The translations under genes were made by a program, and so were the position numbers. Below the pieces are notes generated by a model. The model was not told the origin of the DNA. It worked only from the letters and a program-made list of their open reading frames with translations, and made no database searches. A DNA stretch of 64,000 bases from an uncultured Gammaproteobacteria bacterium (GTDB lineage: Bacteria; Patescibacteriota; Patescibacteriia; UBA9934; GWF2-40-263): assembly GCA_964538435.1 (NCBI GenBank), contig CAZIDX010000007.1, forward strand, positions 4,399-68,398, in the 5' to 3' direction. Shown here piece by piece: positions 54,648 through 62,588 of this stretch. The first letter of the stretch is position 1. Each line of letters opens with the position of its first letter.

Positions 54648-55849
54648 TTATTTGATCTCCTCAATAATCTTTTCAAGCTTGCTCACGTATTCTTTTATTC
54701 CGTAGCGGAGGCCGTGTTCGAAGATGCGTTGTGTTTTTGTCCACCAGACGTCTTTGTCTGTTGCGATTCGTTTCATGGCTTCGACGAGCTCTGGAACTGA
54801 TCCTGGTTCAACGAGAATTCCTGTTTCTCCGTCTTTTATTAGCTCTGGGATGCCTCCGATGCGGGACGCGATTACTGGGACGCCGACTTTGTAGCTTTCG
54901 TAGATGACGGTTGGTGAGTTTTCGTAGCAGAGGGATGGGACGAGGATGGCGTCGCTGGATTTTACGATCTTGAGCAAGTGTTGCATTGAAACAAAACCGT
55001 GGTAGTGCACGCGTGGATCCAGGCTTGCGCGTGCGGTTACGTAGTCTGAGAGCGAGCCGTCTCCTGCGATGTGTAGTTGCACGTCTGTGCCGAGCCCTTC
55101 CATTGCTTCAAATAACTCTACGATGCCTTTGTGCTTTTCAAGTTGCCCTACATACAAAAAGCGTGCTGCGCCTGATACCTGCTTTTCACGTGGAGGGCAG
55201 TCAACAGGCGGTAGTGGATTTGGTAGGACATGTGTTTTTGAGCGCGAAAACATTCCTCGTTTGTTGTAAAACTCTGCGAGGAAGTGCGATGGTGAGATGA
55301 CAGCGTCTGGATTTCCAATTGAGTTCTTTACTCCGTTTTCATACATCTTTCGAAGCGGCCCTACATTGAGCCCACTGTCTTCTTTTCCATGAATGAGCAG
55401 TCCGCTTGGAACGGAAAGCTGTACATCGTGAAGGGTGTGAATGTGCGGGATCCCTTGCTTTTGAATCTCCTTTCCAACAGAAACTCCAAGACCCTTGAGA
55501 TTGTGGGTGATGATCACGTCTGGGTCTTCATCTTGAATGACGCTTCGGATTGCGCGGCGTGCAAATGGACTGTATAGATCGATGAGGTGCCAAAATGCAC
55601 GGATGGGAAATGGGACGTATCTATCATGCTTGATGTAGTAGAGGTTCAGTGGATAGAAACGATACACAGCCTCAAGATGCCTCTCTCGGATGTGAGGGAA
55701 AATACTGTGCAACCCATGATAACCTTCGGTCGTTAACACAAAAACATCATGACCTGCTTCGTAAAGAGCATCGGCCACACGCTGGGCCACAAGTTCTGCT
55801 CCTCCGCGTGCCTGTGGCGGGTAGAGATTTGAAACGATTCCAATTTTCA
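54648..55849 (-). CDS. GT4 family glycosyltransferase
   Basis: GT-B fold. Start at ATG 55849 (MKIGIVSNLYPP), directly after the stop of the upstream GT4 gene (track ORF overlaps it). C-terminal E-x7-E region (PSLCYENSPTVIYES, IGGIPELI). Confidence 0.75.
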
Positions 55850-55851
55850 TG

Positions 55852-57021
55852 TTAGTACGTGCGCTTGCTTTGCTGCATGAGCACTGATAAATAGGTTTGC
55901 TCGAGTTTATCAATTAGTGGCTCCCAGTCAAATCTCTGCTCTGCGTGTTTTCGCGCAGAGAGACCGAAACGACTGCGGAGCTCTTCTTGCTCAAGAAGGA
56001 GGGTAATCGCCTCTGCAAGCTCATTTTGATCGTTTGGCGGTACAAGTAGACCGGTATCCCCGTCTCGAACAACCGTCCTGACACCAGGAAGATCTGATGC
56101 AATGGATGGGATTCCTGTTGCGGCTGCTTCGACGGCTACGAGCCCAAATGCCTCTGCTCTCTTTGTTGATGGAAACACATGGAAATCCCCTGCTCTGTAA
56201 TAGCGGGGCAGATCCTCTTCTGACACACTCCCGGCGAATGTTACGCGAGCGCGCATCTGTTTGCTTTCCAGAATCTCTTCAAACTGATGCTTAAGCTCAC
56301 CAGAACCAACAATCATAAGGTGCCAGTCTTTTTCTTTGATGCTTTCAAGAGCCTCAAAAAGCACGGGGAGCCCCTTGAAATAATGTGCCTCGTCTAGTCC
56401 GCCTACAAACACCATCACTGGAGTAGATTCAGAAATATTGTGGCGCGCGCGGATCATTGGTTCTTTACCTGGACAGAAAGACTCAAGATCAACTCCAAAC
56501 GGATGTTCCTCTAGTCGATCGGCAGCCCCATCGATTTTAGCGAGAGCAGATGTGTTTGCGTAATCAAGCGAACTCGACAGGATGCGGTCCACGCGATTTA
56601 CAAGCCATGGGAACAAGAGCCTACGATGCGCACCAAAGACGGCTCCGCGCACTCCACCGGCAACAGCATCCATGTGGTAGGTCATGACAAGCCCCTGGCT
56701 TTGGCGCATGGCCTTGCGCACGATTGTGGGCTCGGCTCCGCCAAAGAATGGGTAGTGCAAATGAACAAGATCGAATCCTGAAAGTCTGCGAAACAAAGAC
56801 GGGAGCACACTGCCGTTTCCGATGGTGAGGATGCTTGGGAGTCTGTGCACATAACGCGGGTCCTCGCTGTCGTCTCCGTCTTTTGAGCGCGTGGTGAACA
56901 CATGTACGTTGTAGCCTCGCTCGCGCAAACGCTCAGTGTATTCAAAAGCCACCTTCCCCATTCCGCCACGATACGGTGGGTAGGTGCATACGACATGTGC
57001 GATTTTTGGTTTCTTGTTCAT
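55852..57021 (-). CDS. GT4 family glycosyltransferase
   Basis: KIAHVVCTYPPYRGGMG N-terminal motif and C-terminal EAFGLVAVEAAATGIPSIASD motif. Confidence 0.8.
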   Translation of the reverse strand: MNKKPKIAHVVCTYPPYRGGMGKVAFEYTERLRERGYNVHVFTTRSKDGDDSEDPRYVHRLPSILTIGNGSVLPSLFRRLSGFDLVHLHYPFFGGAEPTIVRKAMRQSQGLVMTYHMDAVAGGVRGAVFGAHRRLLFPWLVNRVDRILSSSLDYANTSALAKIDGAADRLEEHPFGVDLESFCPGKEPMIRARHNISESTPVMVFVGGLDEAHYFKGLPVLFEALESIKEKDWHLMIVGSGELKHQFEEILESKQMRARVTFAGSVSEEDLPRYYRAGDFHVFPSTKRAEAFGLVAVEAAATGIPSIASDLPGVRTVVRDGDTGLLVPPNDQNELAEAITLLLEQEELRSRFGLSARKHAEQRFDWEPLIDKLEQTYLSVLMQQSKRTY

Positions 57022-57038
57022 GTGTGATTCTTTCTTCT

Positions 57039-57090
57039 CTCCACCTCGTCATCCTGACGACGAGCTTGTGAGGAGGAAGGATCCCACTCT
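57039..57090 (-). repeat. diverged copy of the 58-bp repeat unit (downstream flank of GIY-YIG gene)
   Basis: CTCCACCTCGTCATCCTGACGACGAG...AAGGATCCCAC aligns with the rc of the 57398-57562 unit (blocks CTCCACC, CGTCATCCTGA, AAGGATCCCAC). Confidence 0.55.
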
Positions 57091-57091
57091 T

Positions 57092-57379
57092 TTACAGATC
57101 AACTGACAGGTCTTTCCAATCTGGATTCTCGGTCTCGATTAGTTTGATTTTCTTTTCTCTTTTCCAACCTTTTATCTCTTTCTCTCGCTCAATAGCCAAG
57201 ATTGCTGTTGGGGCACTCTCGGCATATATCAACTTTGAGCAATTATATTTCTTTGAGAAACCTTCGACCAACCCAGACTTATGCTCAAATATTCTTCGGG
57301 AGAGGTTGTTGGTCATCCCCGTGTATAGAACCTTGTTCCACTCATTGGTTAATATGTATGCGAAATACTCTCGATCCAT
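57092..57379 (-). CDS. free-standing GIY-YIG nuclease family protein
   Basis: FAYILTNEWNKVLYTGMTNNLSRRIFEH is a GIY-YIG core (YIL..., LYTG..NL..R...H); 95 aa. Confidence 0.75.
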   Translation of the reverse strand: MDREYFAYILTNEWNKVLYTGMTNNLSRRIFEHKSGLVEGFSKKYNCSKLIYAESAPTAILAIEREKEIKGWKREKKIKLIETENPDWKDLSVDL

Positions 57380-57562
57380 ACGTTTATCTTGCTGTGAGTG
57401 GGATCCTTCGCTCCGCTCAGGATGACGGGGTGGAGTAGGGTTTGACTTGCTAGAGGTGGGATCCTTCGCTCCGCTCAGGATGACGGGGTGGAGTAGGGTT
57501 TGACTTGCTAGAGGTGGGATCCTTCGCTCCGCTCAGGATGACGGGGTGGAGTAGGGTTTGAC
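57380..57562 (+). repeat. 58-bp tandem repeat, ~3.1 copies
   Basis: Unit GTGGGATCCTTCGCTCCGCTCAGGATGACGGGGTGGAGTAGGGTTTGACTTGCTAGAG starting 57398, 57456 and 57514 (perfect copies; third truncated), with a partial unit 57380-57397. No unique spacers, so not CRISPR. Confidence 0.8.
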
Positions 57563-57565
57563 TAT

Positions 57566-57820
57566 TTACAAGAAGAAAATACTGAGCTCAGTTAAAATAT
57601 TGATTCCGAACCAGAGTACAATGAAAAAGCCTATGAGAACTAAAAGTTGCCTGAATGCTTTTTCACGCGTGTCTTTCTTAAACAGACCATGCATGAGATC
57701 AATGAATGGAAAATGTCGACCGTAGACATGTTTGTTCACTGCGAGTTTGTATGCAATCCCAACAAAGACGAGCAAAATGATCGCGATGAGTGACTCGAGG
57801 AGAAAACCGAGGTTGTTCAT
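57566..57820 (-). CDS. hypothetical small membrane protein (2 TM)
   Basis: 84 aa with two hydrophobic helices; 2 bp from the GT2 gene. Confidence 0.4.
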   Translation of the reverse strand: MNNLGFLLESLIAIILLVFVGIAYKLAVNKHVYGRHFPFIDLMHGLFKKDTREKAFRQLLVLIGFFIVLWFGINILTELSIFFL

Positions 57821-57821
57821 A

Positions 57822-58880
57822 TTACCATCGGATTATGAATTTGATCAGTTGGAATGAGAGGTTAAGCAGTGGATTCGCGATCTTTTCCACAAGCGGGCTT
57901 GAAGTTTCTTGGTGATCGATCTTTCCGGTAAACAGGCGCAGAATCTCTTTATCCGACACTTTTCTGAGGATAAATGTCTCGATGCGTTTTGTGCGAATAT
58001 GCTTCCAGGTTTTTAGGCGGAGCAGGTCTCTGTAAACGAGAAGCTTTTCCTTGATCCAGCCACCCTTGATGGCAAGCACAATAAGCCCGATCTCGAGTGC
58101 GAGCATGAACGGAGCTAGTAGCGCGAGGGTTGGCCAGCGCAGATGTGAGAAGTGCACGAGGATTCGATTACGCTCCATCCAGAAGAACTTTTTGATTGAG
58201 CGAGAAAACTCGTAGTGGTGGTGGACGATCGATTTTGTTGAAAGTACGTTTTTGTACCCAGCAAGCCTTAGGCGCCAACCTAGATCCAGGTCTTCGTGAT
58301 AGAGAAAAAGGAATGGGTCGAGTACACCAACCTTTCTGAGCGCTGACGACCGAAGGAGCACAGCTGCACCGCTTGAGTACGCAATCTCCTCTCCGTCTTT
58401 GTAGCGATCTTTCACCTTCTCCCACGGCTGTCCATTATCGCGCACGAATCCAAATCCGAGAAAGTGAATCATTCCTCCAGTGGCATTGAGGTACTCAGGG
58501 TCCTGCCATAGCATCATGCGTGACTGCACAGATCCGATGCTTGCGTCTTTTTCTGCAAGCGCAACGGCTTCTTTGAGTGCTTGTGGATCAAGCTTTGCAT
58601 CGTGATTGAGAAGATAGACGTAGTCACACCCTTCGAGCACGGCATGGTGAATGGCAAGATTGTTTCCTCCAGCAAACCCGAGATTTTCTCCGCTTGGGAA
58701 AAAGGTAATGCCTTCTTTTTTTCTGAGCATGTCTGGTGTGCCATCTGAGGAAGCGCAGTCCACGACAATAATTTCTCGTTTGTCCTTTGGATAATCAACT
58801 TGCTGGCAAGACAAAACAACCTCGTCAATAAACGAAGCTGCGTTGTAGGAAACTGTGATGACAGCAACTTTTGGAAGCAT
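57822..58880 (-). CDS. GT2 family glycosyltransferase
   Basis: VAVITVSYNAASFI, DCASSDGT and LLNHDA (DxD-like) GT-A motifs; C-terminal TM helices. Confidence 0.8.
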   Translation of the reverse strand: MLPKVAVITVSYNAASFIDEVVLSCQQVDYPKDKREIIVVDCASSDGTPDMLRKKEGITFFPSGENLGFAGGNNLAIHHAVLEGCDYVYLLNHDAKLDPQALKEAVALAEKDASIGSVQSRMMLWQDPEYLNATGGMIHFLGFGFVRDNGQPWEKVKDRYKDGEEIAYSSGAAVLLRSSALRKVGVLDPFLFLYHEDLDLGWRLRLAGYKNVLSTKSIVHHHYEFSRSIKKFFWMERNRILVHFSHLRWPTLALLAPFMLALEIGLIVLAIKGGWIKEKLLVYRDLLRLKTWKHIRTKRIETFILRKVSDKEILRLFTGKIDHQETSSPLVEKIANPLLNLSFQLIKFIIRW

Positions 58881-58882
58881 AC

Positions 58883-59221
58883 TTACTTGTTGTCTTTGTC
58901 TAAATCTTTTAGGGCGTTTGAGCGTACAAGGCGTGTGATCTCTCGCTCAACATCTTCAATGCGCACAAACATGCGGAACACAAGTAGAAACAAAATAATG
59001 AGCGATAGATAGATGACAGCGTCTGCACCGCGCCCAACACCAACAAACTGAGCAACAACATCGGTGGTTTTCGGTAGGACTGCCACCACGCCGGCAATCA
59101 CCCAAAAAATAACCCAGAATCCGAGCATGGCAATCGTTAGCGCGCCTTTTCTGAATTGCCAGAGCGCACGTGAGATCGCAAAGACGGCAATGGCAAGAAT
59201 GATGATCGAAATGATGTTCAT
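58883..59221 (-). CDS. DUF2304-like small membrane protein (GT2-associated)
   Basis: 112 aa, three TM helices plus charged C-terminus; architecture and synteny with GT2 typical of this family. Confidence 0.45.
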   Translation of the reverse strand: MNIISIIILAIAVFAISRALWQFRKGALTIAMLGFWVIFWVIAGVVAVLPKTTDVVAQFVGVGRGADAVIYLSLIILFLLVFRMFVRIEDVEREITRLVRSNALKDLDKDNK

Positions 59222-59225
59222 ACCT

Positions 59226-59891
59226 TTACATGGTTATGCGCCGGAAGATCAGCTTAAGAAGTGTTTTGATACCCACAAAGAAACTTTGCCCTTTGGAGAG
59301 CGAGTATTCTGTGTAGATCGCTTTGATCGGCACCTCGGTAATCTCGAGCTTGTTACGCTTGCTTTCTGCAATGAGCTCAGATGAAACTTCCATTCGATTT
59401 GTTTTGATCTCAATCTTTGAGAGAGCGTCGCGCGCAAAGCCTCGGAATCCGGACTGACTGTCTGTCACCCACGCTCCGAATAACACAAAAGTTGTGAGGT
59501 TTCCAAGAACCTGAGCCACCTGCCGGTACCAAGGCATGCCTGAGCGCGTTTTCATACGCGTACCAATGACAACGCTTGCACCTTTTTTGAGCGCTTCTGT
59601 GAACTTTGGAATCTCTTCTGGATCGTGCTGACCGTCTGCATCGAGTGTGATCACGGCGTCAGCGCCGAGCTTGATCGCTGCTGCGAAGCCAGTTCCGATT
59701 GCTGCACCAAGCCCTCGGTTTATTGCGTGAGAGACAACAGTTGCCCTTTGTTCAAGTGCAATGGTTTTTGTGTTGTCAGTTGACCCGTCGTTAACCACAA
59801 GGACCCGATCAACATGTGGACGGGTCTTTTTGATCACTTCTGCGATTGTTGTCTGCTCGTTCCAGGCCGGTATCAGTGCAATCACCTTCAT
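59226..59891 (-). CDS. GT2 polyprenol-phosphate glycosyltransferase (DPM1/ArnC-like)
   Basis: LIPAWNE, VVNDGSTDNT and TLDADGQHDP motifs. Confidence 0.8.
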   Translation of the reverse strand: MKVIALIPAWNEQTTIAEVIKKTRPHVDRVLVVNDGSTDNTKTIALEQRATVVSHAINRGLGAAIGTGFAAAIKLGADAVITLDADGQHDPEEIPKFTEALKKGASVVIGTRMKTRSGMPWYRQVAQVLGNLTTFVLFGAWVTDSQSGFRGFARDALSKIEIKTNRMEVSSELIAESKRNKLEITEVPIKAIYTEYSLSKGQSFFVGIKTLLKLIFRRITM

Positions 59892-60907
59892 AGGGATGTA
59901 AGTAGGATCTTATTTGCTTTCAAGTACTCGGTTGTTCTTCGCAGGCCGTCTTCAAGGCGGACGAGCGGGAACCACCCAAGGTCTTTTGCTTTTTCAATGC
60001 GAGGGAGCGCGAGCTCGGACAGGAATCCAAACCCCTCTCCTGGAACAATGCTTGACTGCGATTCGGTTTGCGCAAGAATCATTTCTGCAATCTCTTTAAG
60101 CGTGTGGTCAAGGTCGCTTCCAATATTGACTGGACCTGGGTCTTCCTGCGCGTCCATGAGCCTTACCATTCCGTCAACGAGATCTGTTACAAACACGAGA
60201 GACGTTTTGAAATCTTCGCCGCCATTTAGCACAACATCTTTTCCGTCTAGAGCATTGAGGATGAAGTCTGGAATGAGGTGCCCATCAAAGAGCGGCATGC
60301 GGGGTCCGTAGGTTCTAAAGATGCGTGCGATTCGGATCTCAAGCCCATGCACCTGCCTGTAGGTGTCAAACATGGTCTCTGAAAACCGTTTTCCTTCGTC
60401 ATAGCAGGCGCGCGGTGACATGTGCTCGACAATACCCACATCTTCTTCCTCAACATGTGTCTTGGCAGTTTCCCCTCGTGCTCCGTAGACAACAGAGCTA
60501 GATGCTAGGAATGCCTTTGCTCTGTATTTTTTTGCGAGCTCAAGCACGTTGTAGTTCCCTACTGAGTTTGAAAGTAGGGTTTGAATCTTGAACTGATGAA
60601 AGTTTTTGATTGATGTTGGGCAGGCCAAGTGGTAGATCTCTTGAATGCCTTGAAATGGGAGCTTGAAGGCGGCTAGTTCGCTGTGCTGCTCAAGATCAAA
60701 AGGCTCGTTGATATCGAGTTTGAGGAATCGGAAATCCTGATGTTGCATGAGTGCATCAATGTTCTTTGCGTTGCTTGTAGCGAAGTTATCAACACAAATA
60801 ACATGATGTCCGTCTTTTAGCAGACGCTCACAGAGATGGGAGCCGATAAACCCTGCTCCACCAGTGATCAAAATGTTCTTTTTTTCAAAGGAAAGTGCCT
60901 GTGCCAT
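59888..60907 (-). CDS. NAD-dependent epimerase/dehydratase, UDP-glucuronate decarboxylase (UXS)-like
   Basis: ILITGGAGFIGSHL ... VICVDNFATS N-terminus resembles UXS; YxxxK present. Start at ATG 60907 (MAQALSF) with TATACT 8 nt upstream. Confidence 0.7.
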   Translation of the reverse strand: MAQALSFEKKNILITGGAGFIGSHLCERLLKDGHHVICVDNFATSNAKNIDALMQHQDFRFLKLDINEPFDLEQHSELAAFKLPFQGIQEIYHLACPTSIKNFHQFKIQTLLSNSVGNYNVLELAKKYRAKAFLASSSVVYGARGETAKTHVEEEDVGIVEHMSPRACYDEGKRFSETMFDTYRQVHGLEIRIARIFRTYGPRMPLFDGHLIPDFILNALDGKDVVLNGGEDFKTSLVFVTDLVDGMVRLMDAQEDPGPVNIGSDLDHTLKEIAEMILAQTESQSSIVPGEGFGFLSELALPRIEKAKDLGWFPLVRLEDGLRRTTEYLKANKILLTSL

Positions 60908-60962
60908 ATGCTTGTAGTATATCAGATATTCAGCGTGTAGCGAGTAGCAGTTAGCGTGTAGG

Positions 60963-62585
60963 TTAAAAATTCTCATCTAGAGAAGACACGCTTGCGAGTG
61001 CCTCGTCCACATCATAGTCGCTGGTTGATTCGATATCATCTCCGAATGAATAGTTGGTAATAAAGACATCTGAGATGTCATCAATTTGCTGATTCCAATC
61101 CTCACCATAGAGATCAATGGCTATATCCTCTGAACTGATTGCACGAAGTTCTCCCTGAGCTGCGACAGCGTACACGGTTGGGACACTAAGAAACTTCACC
61201 ATCTTTGTTCCAGGGTGATACGTCACATTCTTTCCCAGCGGCAGTGATGAGAGAAACTCGCCTGTCACCTCGATCACATCATCAAAATCATCAAACCAAG
61301 TAAAGAATACTTTTTCGTTTGGGAAGGCGTGGCGGTATCCGTCGTCTGCGTAATAGTACACAGCGCGGCAAGGATCGTTTGCGCCCGCATCTTCATCGCA
61401 GACTTTTTTCACAAGACTGCTTTCGCTTGCTGTGCCTGTGGTCTCGGTTGTGTCCACGTCCAATCCATCAACATAGGATGGAGCCAGAGCCATGGCGTTT
61501 GCGATATTAAGTCGACCAGCCCCCATCTTTCCACGAGCGTCTCCGTAGGCTGTCACAGGATCAACAGAGAGCTTAAGGATTGATTTGATGTCGTTTGGAT
61601 CCAGAGAGTTGTACGTGGCTTTAAGTAGCGCTGCGGCACCTGCAACCATTGGAGCGGCCATGGATGTGCCTGACCAGCCTTCTTCATAGTACTCCTCGAA
61701 TCCTGTCCAGCTATCGCTTTGATACACCGTGCTTGTGATGTTTTCTCCTGGAGCTGAAATGTCTGTGCAGATTGATCCGTAGTTTGAAAAGTCGGACTTC
61801 ACGTCATTTTCATCTGTTGAGGCCACGCCTAGAATCCAGTCTTCGTCAGCGCGCTCTCCAAAGCAGGCTGGGAAGATAGCCCTGTTGTCCACATTAGTTC
61901 CGCCACCAGAGGTGTTTCCTACAGCAGCAACAACCACCACACCTGCCTCATAGGCTTCGCGGATAGCGCGACGGAATGTATTGTCTGGATCGTAGCCAGT
62001 AAAACTAAGGTTGATGACATCAGCGCCGTTTTCAACGGCATATTCCACTCCCTGGCGCGCTAGTGCTGATCCACCAACGCCATGATTATCCAAGATGCGC
62101 ACGGACATAATTTTAACGTCCCAGTTGATTCCAGCCACCCCCTCACCGTTGTTTGTCATGGCCCCGATGGTTCCAGCAATAAAGGTGCCATGCGAGATAG
62201 AGCCCATGTCAGAACCAACCCCGTGGTCTGGTGCTGGATCACCGTCGTATCCAACGTAGTCCCAACCGTGGACATCATCAATGTATCCGTTCCCATCGTT
62301 GTCGAGTCCATCCCCCTCGATTTCATCTCCGTTTCTCCAGAGATTGTTAACGAGGTCTGGGTGATCGAGGTCAACTCCGGTATCAAGCACAGCTACAACA
62401 ATTGAGTTGTCTCCGGTTCCTGTTTCCCATGCTTCTTCTAGCCCAAGTGTTTCAAAGTGCCACTGATCATCAAAGTAGCTGTCGTCTGGTGTAAGGGCGT
62501 AGGCTGGCACCGCGAGTGAGAACAGCAAACAAAAAATCGCCCCCTTGAGCATGGTTTCAAAGAACTGTTGTTTGTTCATAAGCAT
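60963..62585 (-). CDS. secreted subtilisin-like serine protease (S8)
   Basis: Asp VAVLDTGVD, His HGTFIAG, Ser GTSMAAP; N-terminal signal peptide. Confidence 0.85.
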   Translation of the reverse strand: MLMNKQQFFETMLKGAIFCLLFSLAVPAYALTPDDSYFDDQWHFETLGLEEAWETGTGDNSIVVAVLDTGVDLDHPDLVNNLWRNGDEIEGDGLDNDGNGYIDDVHGWDYVGYDGDPAPDHGVGSDMGSISHGTFIAGTIGAMTNNGEGVAGINWDVKIMSVRILDNHGVGGSALARQGVEYAVENGADVINLSFTGYDPDNTFRRAIREAYEAGVVVVAAVGNTSGGGTNVDNRAIFPACFGERADEDWILGVASTDENDVKSDFSNYGSICTDISAPGENITSTVYQSDSWTGFEEYYEEGWSGTSMAAPMVAGAAALLKATYNSLDPNDIKSILKLSVDPVTAYGDARGKMGAGRLNIANAMALAPSYVDGLDVDTTETTGTASESSLVKKVCDEDAGANDPCRAVYYYADDGYRHAFPNEKVFFTWFDDFDDVIEVTGEFLSSLPLGKNVTYHPGTKMVKFLSVPTVYAVAAQGELRAISSEDIAIDLYGEDWNQQIDDISDVFITNYSFGDDIESTSDYDVDEALASVSSLDENF

Positions 62586-62588
62586 GGG

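Noticed and set aside
54330-54800. Plus-strand 156-aa ORF
   Set aside because: Overlaps the palindromic repeats, a terminator and the 3' end of the GT4 gene on the opposite strand; Leu/Phe-rich low-complexity translation.
57380-57562. CRISPR array
   Set aside because: The 58-bp units are identical over their full length with no unique spacers; a simple tandem repeat.
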